This document shows positions 20,201 to 30,188 of a DNA stretch of 64,000 nt, piece after piece (position 1 is the stretch's first letter; the number at the start of each line of letters is the position of its first letter). Origin of the DNA: Eubacteriales bacterium (lineage in GTDB: Bacteria > Bacillota > Clostridia > Oscillospirales > CAG-272); assembly GCA_045660325.1 (NCBI GenBank), contig JAZRDO010000022.1:12334-76333 (forward strand). The letters run 5' to 3'. Made by a program: the position numbers and the translations under genes. The notes under the pieces are model-generated. The model did not search any database, had not been told where the DNA came from, and saw only the letters and a program-made list of their open reading frames with translations.

Positions 20201-20416
20201 GATCAGGGCGGTAATACACCCGGTGGCAACACACCCGGTGGCAACACACCCGGTGGTAACACACCCGGCGGTAACGACAATACACAGACAGGCGAGCCTG
20301 CTCCCTCTGACACAAAGAGCGGTTGCGGTTCTGCTATCGGCGGTATTTCGGCAGTTATTATCGCACTCGTAATTCCTTTCATGTTCTTCAAGAAGAAGGA
20401 TGAGGATGAAGAATAA
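17210..20416 (+). CDS. Large secreted, membrane-anchored endonuclease I family protein with three repeated modules
   Basis: Start at MKKNIKR behind AAGGAGA, with a signal peptide. Endonuclease I-type motifs WNREHTWPNS and DLMMLRPTSSSENSSRGN. Three 135-136 aa repeats, Pro/Thr and GGN linkers, and a C-terminal TM helix plus KKKDEDEE tail. Confidence 0.75.
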   Translation: MKKNIKRLALLITVVMLVQAIFVGVFTVNASAALSGNFTGYTKASDVNYVYDGDYIANWGARGEVATFLTTNALEFSSGSYAFETVSKLGGGATESAVPGSDLYKKLQDLMKSKHTYQTSYNATRDLFQYTDCVNGNAAGGISSFYSGEKIGPAWGSSPSWNREHTWPNSKGDLAGNGENDLMMLRPTSSSENSSRGNKAYGQSGGYYNPNSESGGLYDLRGDVARLSLYTYVRWGCINTGLNPNGIFGTNGIFESLDVLLSWIKADPVDTWELGRNDSVESITGTRNVFVDYPEYAFLLFGKEVPTDMVTPSSAASLGVQGGTPSTGGGTGTTPSTPTLNAVKPVVGTAYKLGMNQTYAGKIVYMLGTESGYYLATTETMTSGLDFYIEETSGGYYIYTSISGAKKYLDMVPTADGAHVNAKYVSTPTVVYTWNDTLKTFVGNVNSADYVFGTRNDNSYVTVGCNKVSYDPFVVQFVPADGSSNPGGNPGGSTGGGTGSDTPSTGAETTVKFVFLTYAQAQGMTIGSTSATQCKTWPIDSNITMTVAGGQHSGKIYTDGVRIYATDSPAGSITFTAPAGMTIKSIKFSIATGTYADLQYNGSAVTNGQVVSINASSATFNSVKVGSEGKQVRIANVEVVYTGGSGGTTPDTPDTPDTPVTPPTPPTPSVSLTPVKPVVGTAYKLGMAQTKAGKVVYMIGEYQATYYIGTTETKASGLDFYIEETTGGYYIYTTIGGAKQYLNMVPSGTHVNAKYENAPSTVYTWNETAKTFTSVVNDAEYAFGTRNDNTYTTVGCYQLSGSPFTVQFVATEGGTTPDNPGTTPDNPDNPDNPTPPAGNTNGLADAVKPVVGSDYKLAMNQTLAGKVVYLLGSESGYYLATTVNKDHGLIFNIEETTGGYYIYTMINGAKKYLDMVPSADGAHVNAKYVDAPTVVYTWNEAYKTFVGNVGGDEYVFGTRNDKNYETVGCNKLSYEPFVLQFIAVEGNNQGGNDQGGNDQGGNTPGGNTPGGNTPGGNTPGGNDNTQTGEPAPSDTKSGCGSAIGGISAVIIALVIPFMFFKKKDEDEE
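18236..18643 (+). repeat. Protein-level repeat 1 (VKPVVGTAYKLGMNQ...PFVVQFV)
   Basis: Read directly from the translation. Diverged at the DNA level from repeats 2 and 3. Confidence 0.85.
19232..19636 (+). repeat. Protein-level repeat 2 (VKPVVGTAYKLGMAQ...PFTVQFV)
   Basis: Same roughly 135 aa module as 18236-18643. Confidence 0.85.
19748..20155 (+). repeat. Protein-level repeat 3 (VKPVVGSDYKLAMNQ...PFVLQFI)
   Basis: Same roughly 136 aa module. Confidence 0.85.
20168..20278 (+). repeat. In-frame 15-bp tandem repeats encoding (GGNDQ)3(GGNTP)4
   Basis: GGTGGTAATGATCAG-like units x3, then GGTGGCAACACACCC-like units x4, inside the surface-protein CDS. Confidence 0.85.
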
Positions 20417-20427
20417 TTAAAATTTTT

Positions 20428-20462
20428 GACCGTTGTGGATTTTCCGCAACGGTCTTTTTTAT
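20428..20462 (+). terminator. Rho-independent terminator
   Basis: GACCGTTGTGG/CCGCAACGGTC stem followed by T6. Confidence 0.8.
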
Positions 20463-20525
20463 GAATTGACAAAATTCGACTTATATGGTATACTGTATGT
20501 AAGTTCATTTAAGGCGGTATATAAA

Positions 20526-21362
20526 ATGATTATAGAAAACAAAACGTTTGACGCCGAGCGCGCGCTTTACAATTTAAAGAATGCGACGGTAAGAAATTGT
20601 ACCTTTGCAGGCGAGGCGGACGGCGAGAGTCAGCTCAAGGAAGCTAAGAATATCAGAGTGGAGAGCTGCGCGTTCTCCTTGCGCTATCCTCTCTGGCACG
20701 TTGTGGGCTATACTCTTGAAAATTCAACTCTTGACGAGCTTACCCGCGCGCCTATCTGGTATTCAAACGACGGCGAGATTGTAAGAACCAAGATAACCTC
20801 AGTCAAGGCTTTGCGCGAGTGTGTTAATACTAAGGTTTCGGACTGTGATATTGACTCCATTGAGTTCGGCTGGAAATGTAAAAATGTACATATAGAAAAC
20901 TCTAAAATCAATTCTCAGTACATGATGCTTGATTCATCTGACGCGTATTTGAAGAACGTAGATTTCTCGGGTAAATATTCCTTCCAGTATATGAAAAATC
21001 TTGTAATCGAGGATTCAAATCTTGATACGAAGGACGCGTTCTGGCACAGTGAAAACGTAACGGTTAAAAATTCTATCGTCAAGGGCGAGTATCTTGCTTG
21101 GTTCTCAAAGAATCTTACCTTGATCGATTGCACGATTATCGGAACACAGCCGCTTTGCTACTGTGAAAATCTCAAGCTTGTAAACTGCAAGATGATAGAC
21201 ACGGACCTTTCGTTCGAGTATTCAAGCGTTGAGGCGGATATCGTTGGAGATATCGTTTCTGTGAAGAACGTTAAGAGCGGTTACGTTTGCGCGGATTCTA
21301 TCGGCGAGATCATAAACGAGGACGCCGTTATGGAATGTAATGCGGAAATTAAAATAAGATAA
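20526..21362 (+). CDS. DUF3737-like beta-helix repeat protein
   Basis: Start at MIIENKTFDAERALY. Repeated N-x-V/I-x-N/D-C/S parallel beta-helix-like segments. Family assigned from memory of DUF3737 N-termini. Confidence 0.5.
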   Translation: MIIENKTFDAERALYNLKNATVRNCTFAGEADGESQLKEAKNIRVESCAFSLRYPLWHVVGYTLENSTLDELTRAPIWYSNDGEIVRTKITSVKALRECVNTKVSDCDIDSIEFGWKCKNVHIENSKINSQYMMLDSSDAYLKNVDFSGKYSFQYMKNLVIEDSNLDTKDAFWHSENVTVKNSIVKGEYLAWFSKNLTLIDCTIIGTQPLCYCENLKLVNCKMIDTDLSFEYSSVEADIVGDIVSVKNVKSGYVCADSIGEIINEDAVMECNAEIKIR

Positions 21363-21363
21363 G

Positions 21364-21391
21364 AAAAAGGACGGAATTTTCCGTCCTTTTG
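21364..21391. terminator. Bidirectional terminator between convergent genes
   Basis: AAAAAGGACGG-AATTTT-CCGTCCTTTT, with A-run and T-run flanks. Confidence 0.75.
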
Positions 21392-22303
21392 TTATTTTAC
21401 CATTACGACCTGATAAATTTCATTTTTGTGTACACCGCGGTCCTTTGCGGTCTTTTTTATCGCGTCGTTTTTGCTCATTCCCGAGTCTATGTAGTACTGA
21501 ACGTGAGCTTCAATATCGAGCGAGAGGAGATTTATTTGCTCCTCATTTTTGATTTTAGACTTGTCGCAGCCCTCAATCACAAGAACGTATTCGCCGCGCG
21601 GGGCTTTTTCGGAATAATAATCGAGTGCGCCGTCAAGCGTAGTTCTCATAATATCCTCATTGAGCTTTGTCATTTCACGGCAAAGGGAAATTCTACGCTC
21701 GCCACCGAAAACCGTTTGCATATCGTTGAGTGTTGCGATAAGCTTGTGGGGAGCCTCGTGGAATATCATTGTTCTATATTCGTATCTGAGCTCGTCGAGT
21801 CGCTCACGGCGTTCCTTTTTATCTGCCGAGAGGAAGCCCTCAAAGGTAAATCTACCCGTGGGAAGTCCCGAGAGGGTGAGAGCTAAAATTGCCGCGCACG
21901 CACCGGGGATCGAGGTTACGGGGATATTCTTTTCGGCACAGAGAGCGACGATATCTTCACCCGGATCGGAAATTGCGGGAGTGCCCGCGTCGGTTATAAG
22001 CGCACAGGATTCGCCTGCGAGAAGACGGTCGCATATCATATCTCCGTGCGTTCTCTTGTTGTGCTCAAAGTAGGAGACCATAGGCTTTGAAATGCCGAGA
22101 TAACGGAGAAGTCGCATAGAATTTCTCGTATCCTCCGCGGCAATAAAGTCAACCTCGCTTAGCACCTTGATTGCGCGCGAGGATAGATCGGCAAGATTTC
22201 CTACGGGGGTTGCAACAAGATAGAGCGTGCCGCCCACTACCTTGTTTTTTTCCTCGGAGATTTCGGGGAGATTTATAATATCATCTGTGTTGGGATTTGA
22301 CAT
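21392..22303 (-). CDS. rsmI: 16S rRNA (cytidine1402-2'-O)-methyltransferase
   Basis: GTLYLVATPVGNLADLS N-terminal motif, tetrapyrrole-methylase fold, and a C-terminal HTH-like tail. Start set at MSNPN. Confidence 0.85.
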   Translation of the reverse strand: MSNPNTDDIINLPEISEEKNKVVGGTLYLVATPVGNLADLSSRAIKVLSEVDFIAAEDTRNSMRLLRYLGISKPMVSYFEHNKRTHGDMICDRLLAGESCALITDAGTPAISDPGEDIVALCAEKNIPVTSIPGACAAILALTLSGLPTGRFTFEGFLSADKKERRERLDELRYEYRTMIFHEAPHKLIATLNDMQTVFGGERRISLCREMTKLNEDIMRTTLDGALDYYSEKAPRGEYVLVIEGCDKSKIKNEEQINLLSLDIEAHVQYYIDSGMSKNDAIKKTAKDRGVHKNEIYQVVMVK

Positions 22304-22395
22304 TGTGATTCCTTTCCGTGAATCGTACACTTGTGTATTGATCTTTGCATACAATGAAAGAGAAGAAACATTTTGCCGTACGGCAGGGGGAAAAT

Positions 22396-24977
<2,582 letters not shown>

Positions 24978-25110
24978 TTATGCCAATATATAATAATTAT
25001 AACATATTTTTGACTTTTTTTCAATAGAAAACTCACTTTTATAGGCTTAATACTTGATTTTTTTTACAGATTGTTGTATAATTCAAGTAGTAATCTATAT
25101 GGAGATAAAA

Positions 25111-25632
25111 ATGAATTTACTTATTGTATATACGACCAAAACGGGTACGGTTACGACCTGCCTTGATATACTTGAAAGGTATTTGCCGCAGGCAAGGGTT
25201 ACTCGTTGCGACCTCGGTAAAGGCGCGCTTGTGCCACCGCTTGAGGACTTTGACTTTGTGCTTATCGGTTCTCCTGTAAGAATGGGCAAGATCAATAAAA
25301 AAATCAAAAGCTTTGTAAAGGAAAATCACGACAAGCTGCTTTCCCTGAAGGTCGGATATTTCTTGTGTCTTGGCTTTGTAGATCTTTTTGACGAGTATAT
25401 GATAAAGAATTTTCCCGAGGAGCTTCGTCACAATGCCGCGGCTATCTGCTGCTTTGGCGGAGATATGAATCCCGATAAAAATAAGGGACTTGATAAGCTT
25501 ATCGTAAAGATCGTCCGCGCGGACATTCAGGGCGGCGGAGATAACGGTCAACCGAGGGATGATATTTCGCTTCCCACGATAAACGAGGGAAATATAAGTC
25601 AGCTGGCTGAACTAATAAAGAATAATAGCTGA
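25111..25632 (+). CDS. Flavodoxin-domain protein (HemG-like family)
   Basis: MNLLIVYTTKTGTV flavodoxin N-terminus. Start set behind GGAGA. Confidence 0.6.
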   Translation: MNLLIVYTTKTGTVTTCLDILERYLPQARVTRCDLGKGALVPPLEDFDFVLIGSPVRMGKINKKIKSFVKENHDKLLSLKVGYFLCLGFVDLFDEYMIKNFPEELRHNAAAICCFGGDMNPDKNKGLDKLIVKIVRADIQGGGDNGQPRDDISLPTINEGNISQLAELIKNNS

Positions 25633-25654
25633 TCATTCAGCTTACAGTAAATAG

Positions 25655-25686
25655 AAAAGACGGAGATCACTCTCCGTCTTTTTTTA
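25655..25686. terminator. Bidirectional terminator
   Basis: GACGGAGA-TCAC-TCTCCGTC flanked by A- and T-runs. Confidence 0.8.
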
Positions 25687-26577
25687 ATTGAGATATTCAA
25701 TGCTCTCCGTGTGCAGCATAGGAAAGGAGATAACTGAATCAAGCCCGAGATATTCCTTATCGACTCTTACCGCATGGATCTTACGACACTCGTAGGTCGT
25801 AAAGTAATAGGTCATATCCTCCGTATCCATACAGGCGGTATATACCGTTCGGAGCTGCTTTTCGTCGGCGCGGAATAGTCCGTGAGGCTGATTAACCGTA
25901 CTGAAAATATGAAAAAGGCGTGATACCGAGGGGACCTTTTCCTTTGTGGGAAGCGTATGCCTTCTTGCGTTTACCGATCTTATAAATCTTGCGGAAGAGG
26001 ACATATCTCCAAGCACGGGATCTCCGAATTTGTCAAGCACAAAGCATTGGGTAGGGAAGTCGGGCGCGTTTGTAAGCACACCGTGGGGGTTGTCGTATAT
26101 CTTGAGTCCGTCCTCGCGGGATTCGATGACGTAGGCATCTTTTTTGTCCGCCAAAAGCCAATGTATGGAGGTTGCGGGAAGACTTTCGGAATAGCTGTCG
26201 GGTGTGATATTTACCTCGCGCAGAGCCCTTGCCGCCGCCTTTGCTGAATCAAAATTGCAAAGGATCCACGGGATAAGCTCAAAGGAGGCGAGGTTGATCT
26301 TGCCGTCCACCTTGTCGTGATATACTGTAAGCTCGGGGAATCGGAGCGCCGCTACACAGAGCCCTTTTTCATTCATTCCGTCGTAGTAAAGCGGGGTGTT
26401 ATCCGTTATATGAGCCGCTCCGATAATGGCGTAGTGATTATTGTTTTCCCCTTGATAAATAAAGGAAAACGGGAATTTTCGCGGAGTGATTGTAACATTC
26501 TCGTCGAGCGAGTAATCAAGATCAAGAGTTCTGCCGAAAAGATGAAAATTTGTCGTGTCGTTAATTGCGGTACACAT
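25684..26577 (-). CDS. Choloylglycine hydrolase / linear amide C-N hydrolase (Ntn family)
   Basis: Start chosen so the protein begins MC (N-terminal nucleophile Cys) behind the AAAGGAGAA RBS. Overall Ntn-hydrolase resemblance. Confidence 0.75.
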   Translation of the reverse strand: MCTAINDTTNFHLFGRTLDLDYSLDENVTITPRKFPFSFIYQGENNNHYAIIGAAHITDNTPLYYDGMNEKGLCVAALRFPELTVYHDKVDGKINLASFELIPWILCNFDSAKAAARALREVNITPDSYSESLPATSIHWLLADKKDAYVIESREDGLKIYDNPHGVLTNAPDFPTQCFVLDKFGDPVLGDMSSSARFIRSVNARRHTLPTKEKVPSVSRLFHIFSTVNQPHGLFRADEKQLRTVYTACMDTEDMTYYFTTYECRKIHAVRVDKEYLGLDSVISFPMLHTESIEYLN

Positions 26578-26700
26578 AGCTTCTCCTTTGTTTTTTATTA
26601 ATTGTTTGGCAGAATTTCTGCTCGTATTCATTAATTTTGAAATAGTCGAATTTTGATTTGGTGACGGCATAATTATAGTCCAAAAGATTTTAAAAAAGTC

Positions 26701-26729
26701 TTGACAAAAGGGTTTGCCTGTGTTATAAT
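26701..26729 (+). promoter_or_regulatory. Sigma-A promoter for tRNA-Lys
   Basis: TTGACA, 17 nt spacer, then TG-n-TATAAT, ending about 18 nt before the tRNA 5' end. Confidence 0.75.
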
Positions 26730-26747
26730 ATCGTGGTAAGCCAATTT

Positions 26748-26823
26748 GACCCGCTAGCTCAGACGGTAGAGCACTTGACTTTTAATCAAGGGGTCCGGAG
26801 TTCGAGTCTCCGGCGGGTCACCA
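26748..26823 (+). tRNA. tRNA-Lys (anticodon UUU), CCA encoded
   Basis: Acceptor stem GACCCGC/GCGGGTC. Anticodon arm CTTGA-CTTTTAA-TCAAG. T arm CGGAG-TTCGAGT-CTCCG. Discriminator A plus CCA. Confidence 0.9.
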
Positions 26824-26984
26824 AAAAAGAAGAGAGCCATTTATGGCTCTCTTCTTTTTTCGCTTATTCGTTATGACTCAAACTCCCGCAAGACGATAGT
26901 CTTGCACACTTTGTGGTTCGATTACTTTTATATCAAAATACACTTTGCCGCAAAGTTAAGTTCAGAGTCTCCGGCGGGTCACCA
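26824..26984 (+). repeat. 161-nt module 1: terminator hairpin, two conserved hairpins and a copy of the tRNA-Lys 3' end
   Basis: Hairpin at 26828-26855, H1 at 26888-26905, H2 at 26908-26956, and GTTCAGAGTCTCCGGCGGGTCACCA at 26960-26984. Confidence 0.85.
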
Positions 26985-27145
26985 AAAAGGAAAGCACCAC
27001 GGACGTGGTGCTTTTCTTTTTCGCTTATTCGTTATGACTCGGACTCCCACAAACTCGTAGAGTTTGCACGTTTTGCAGTTTAATTACTTAGATTTAAAAT
27101 GCACTAAGCTGCAAAACTAAGTTCAGAGTCTCCGGCGGGTCACCA
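26985..27145 (+). repeat. 161-nt module 2, a diverged tandem copy of module 1
   Basis: Hairpin at 26993-27012, H1 at 27050-27066, H2 at 27070-27117, and the same 25-nt tRNA 3' copy at 27121-27145. Confidence 0.85.
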
Positions 27146-27178
27146 AAAAGAAAAGCACCGCATCAGCGGTGCTTTTTT
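27145..27178. terminator. Bidirectional terminator (serves the ttcA-like gene on the minus strand)
   Basis: GCACCGC-ATCA-GCGGTGC flanked by A5 and T6. Confidence 0.8.
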
Positions 27179-27181
27179 CGT

Positions 27182-27949
27182 TTATTCGTTTTCTTCCGAA
27201 TACTTCTTTATCCCCTGCATTCTGCTTATCTCGCGGAAGCCGTCGAGCTCTCCGCGGCAGATCGCTCCGAAGATACGGTAGCGGAGTCCCTTGTTCTCTC
27301 GTTCAAGCGAACGAAGAAGAGTTTTCATTTCCTCGCGCTCGGTGTTTTTATCCGCAGGGCATTTGGATTCCACGACGGGAAGTTCATTTTTCTTTGCGAA
27401 TTCCACAACGTCCTTTTCGGGCATATAGAGAAGGGGACGGATAACGCGCAGATCAACTCTTGAAAGGTAGGTAACGGGCGAGAAGCAACCGAGTCTACCC
27501 TCAAAAAAGAGATTTAACATAAAGGTCTCAACAACGTCATCAAAGTGATGACCGAGCGCAACCGTCGTGCAGCCAAGCTCCTTTGCGGCATTGTGAAGCG
27601 CGCCACGGCGCATCTTCGCGCAGAGGGAGCAGGGATTTGTCTCCTTGCGTACGTCGAATATAATTTTAGAAATTTCGGTAGGTATAATGTGGTAGGGAAC
27701 GTCAAGCTTTTCGCAGAGCTCCTTTACGGGAGTGAAGTCCATACCACCCTCAAAGCCCATATCGATCGTGATCGCGATAAGCTCGAATTTTTTAGGGTAG
27801 AACCTGCGAAGATATGCAAGTGAGCAGAGAAGAGCCAAGGAATCCTTGCCACCCGAGATGCCCACGGCGATCTTGTCGCCCTCCTCGATCATATTGTAGT
27901 CGTCAACTCCACGTCGTGTGTAGCTGAGCATTCTTTTCATATTTTCCAT
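27182..27949 (-). CDS. ttcA: TtcA-family PP-loop tRNA thiolation ATPase
   Basis: PP-loop SGGKDS and CSLCAKMRRG motif typical of the TtcA/TtuA-like family. Confidence 0.75.
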   Translation of the reverse strand: MENMKRMLSYTRRGVDDYNMIEEGDKIAVGISGGKDSLALLCSLAYLRRFYPKKFELIAITIDMGFEGGMDFTPVKELCEKLDVPYHIIPTEISKIIFDVRKETNPCSLCAKMRRGALHNAAKELGCTTVALGHHFDDVVETFMLNLFFEGRLGCFSPVTYLSRVDLRVIRPLLYMPEKDVVEFAKKNELPVVESKCPADKNTEREEMKTLLRSLERENKGLRYRIFGAICRGELDGFREISRMQGIKKYSEENE

Positions 27950-27961
27950 AAATTTTCCTTT

Positions 27962-28735
27962 TTATTCAAAGAATTTTGCAAACGAGCAGAAGTCGTAGAT
28001 CGCCTTGGCATCGTCGCTTTGAATATTGTTAATATAGTCCTCGGCAGAGTTTGCAAGGAAGAGCGGACGGGTAACCCTCATACCCGGATTGGCGCCTTTT
28101 ATCGCTTCGGTAAGCACCATTGACGGCTCGGCTTTCGGGTGAGCGCAGACGAATATCTGTCGCTTAGGCTCAAGGTTATTTTCGCGCAGGGCTACCATCA
28201 AGTCCTCAAGCCTGTCGGGACGGAAAACGGTTAAGAACTTACCGCCGTGCTTTAAAATTCTCTTGGCGCACGCGCAAAAATCGTTGATCTCGCCGTAAAC
28301 CTCGTGGCGCGCGATATACTTTTCGTCGTATGTATTGCGTTTGCCCGCGCCGTCCTTCATATAGGGGGGATTTGAGCAAACTACGTCAACCTCTTCGCCA
28401 AGAGTGATGGCTCTAAGCTCGCGCACGTCACAGCATACGGGGGAGATTATATCCGAAAAGCCGTTTTGCTCGGCATTCTTATCAATAAGGGAGGCGAAGC
28501 TCTCTTGAATCTCTACCGCGTATATTTTAGAAAATCTCTTTTTTTCGGCGCAAAGCAAGGGAATTATTCCCGTGCCGCTTCCGAGGTCAGCCATAACCTT
28601 ACCGCTTGAAATATAGGGGAGCGTTTGAGTAAAGGCGGAAAGCAAATATGCATCCGAGCCAAACGTCAGACCGTTCTTGTTTTGCGTTAGGGTAAGCCCT
28701 TCGTTAATTTTTATAGTAGTTTGATTATTTTCCAT
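27962..28735 (-). CDS. SAM-dependent N6-adenine methyltransferase, tRNA1(Val) m6A37 (YfiC/TrmN6)-like
   Basis: SAM-binding DLGSGTG and catalytic NPPY (SNPPYM). Confidence 0.65.
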   Translation of the reverse strand: MENNQTTIKINEGLTLTQNKNGLTFGSDAYLLSAFTQTLPYISSGKVMADLGSGTGIIPLLCAEKKRFSKIYAVEIQESFASLIDKNAEQNGFSDIISPVCCDVRELRAITLGEEVDVVCSNPPYMKDGAGKRNTYDEKYIARHEVYGEINDFCACAKRILKHGGKFLTVFRPDRLEDLMVALRENNLEPKRQIFVCAHPKAEPSMVLTEAIKGANPGMRVTRPLFLANSAEDYINNIQSDDAKAIYDFCSFAKFFE

Positions 28736-28822
28736 AACGTATCCTGATTTATTGAAATAAAACTAATGCCTGGCGCTTCAATAGAAGAACCAGGCAAAAG
28801 CTTTGTGGATGCTCGTCAGTAA

Positions 28823-28993
28823 TTAAGCCTGAACGGGAGCACCTACAGGGCATGTATCTGCGCATGTGCCGCAGTCGATGCATGTATCAGCGTTGATCTC
28901 GTACTTGCCGTCACCCTCTGTGATAGCCTCAACGGGACACTCAGCAGCGCAAGCGCCGCAAGCGATGCAATCGTCAGTAATCTTGAATGCCAT
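28823..28993 (-). CDS. Clostridial-type 2x[4Fe-4S] ferredoxin (56 aa), absent from the supplied ORF track
   Basis: Hand translation gives MAFKITDDCIACGACAAECPVEAITEGDGKYEINADTCIDCGTCADTCPVGAPVQA, with two CxxCxxCxxxCP motifs. GGAGG RBS 9 nt upstream. Confidence 0.9.
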   Translation of the reverse strand: MAFKITDDCIACGACAAECPVEAITEGDGKYEINADTCIDCGTCADTCPVGAPVQA

Positions 28994-29081
28994 GATATAA
29001 TACCTCCGTATTTTAATTTGTGCTCATATATTGTATCATACTTTTTTTATAATTTCAACAGTTTATAGAAAATTTTTGAAA

Positions 29082-30170
29082 TTATTTTTCATCCTGTGCG
29101 GGATTGGGTCTTGAAATCACCTTAACGTCGTCTCTCTTATAGATCTTAGGCATAACGTCGGGGTTATCCTGGAGGCGAACCTTTACGTTACCAAGCAGGG
29201 GGGAGATCTCAATTACGGTGCCGATACCGTCGGGAGTTTTAACGACGGATTCAACGGGAGGAGTCTTTGCGCTCTCCTCGGCGTAAACGGGATATTCGTA
29301 GGAAAGACAGCACATAAGTCGTCCGCAGCAGCCCGAGATCTTACCTGTATTAAGGGAGAGATTTTGTTCCTTCGCCATCTTGATGGAAACCTGAACGAAG
29401 TCGGAGAGGAATGTGGAGCAGCAGAGGGGTCTGCCGCAAGCGCCGAGACCGCCAAGGATCTTGGACTCGTCGCGGATACCGATCTGACGAAGCTCGATTC
29501 TCGTCTTGAAAACGGATGCGAGATCCTTAACAAGCTCGCGGAAGTCAACTCTTCCCGCAGACGTAAAGTAGAAGAGGAGCTTTGAATTGTCAAAGGTGTA
29601 CTGAACGTCAACGAGCTTCATATCAAGACCGTGCTTTTCTATCTTTTCAAGACAAATTCCGAACGCGTCCTTTTCCTTTTTCTTGTTTTCCTCGTGATGG
29701 AGCTTATCCTCGTTCGTTGCGATTCTGAGAATGGGGCGCAAGGGAAGAACGAGAGTTGAGGTGGGAACGAAGCGTGTTGCGAATGCTACCTCGCCGAACT
29801 CCTCGCCGCGCGCGGTGTCAACGATTACGAAGTCGCCGTCACGGGGCTCAAAGCCGTTTTTGTCAAAGTAATATACCTTGCCGCCGGATTTGAAGCGGAT
29901 ACCCGAGACCTCGCTTTTCTCCGCGTCGGGAGTATTTATCTCAATTATTACCTCGGGAACGGTAGACTCGTCGGCCGACTTTATCTCTATAGTTTCATAG
30001 GTGTTGGGAGTATTCTCCGCGGGAGTGTCGTATGACACCTCGGATTCGTTCACCGCACTTTCCGCGGGAGTCGCATCCGTGGGCTTTTTATGGTTCTTGT
30101 GCTTGTTTTTCTTTTTGTAATAAGGGTGCTTTTTGAAGTTGCCCTTGTTTTTATTTTCCTGATTATTCAT
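29082..30170 (-). CDS. yaaT: PSP1-domain protein (YaaT/RicT) with a basic, low-complexity N-terminal extension
   Basis: PSP1 C-terminal region with GACGRPLCCSTFL and GCCGRLMCCL cysteine clusters. Located downstream of holB as in Bacillus. Confidence 0.8.
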   Translation of the reverse strand: MNNQENKNKGNFKKHPYYKKKNKHKNHKKPTDATPAESAVNESEVSYDTPAENTPNTYETIEIKSADESTVPEVIIEINTPDAEKSEVSGIRFKSGGKVYYFDKNGFEPRDGDFVIVDTARGEEFGEVAFATRFVPTSTLVLPLRPILRIATNEDKLHHEENKKKEKDAFGICLEKIEKHGLDMKLVDVQYTFDNSKLLFYFTSAGRVDFRELVKDLASVFKTRIELRQIGIRDESKILGGLGACGRPLCCSTFLSDFVQVSIKMAKEQNLSLNTGKISGCCGRLMCCLSYEYPVYAEESAKTPPVESVVKTPDGIGTVIEISPLLGNVKVRLQDNPDVMPKIYKRDDVKVISRPNPAQDEK

Positions 30171-30188
30171 AATAATCTCCATTTCCGT

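Noticed and set aside
20168-20278. 15-bp tandem repeats, considered as a possible CRISPR-like or VNTR locus.
   Set aside because: They are contiguous with no spacers, in frame, and encode a GGN(DQ/TP) linker inside the surface protein. Kept only as a coding repeat.
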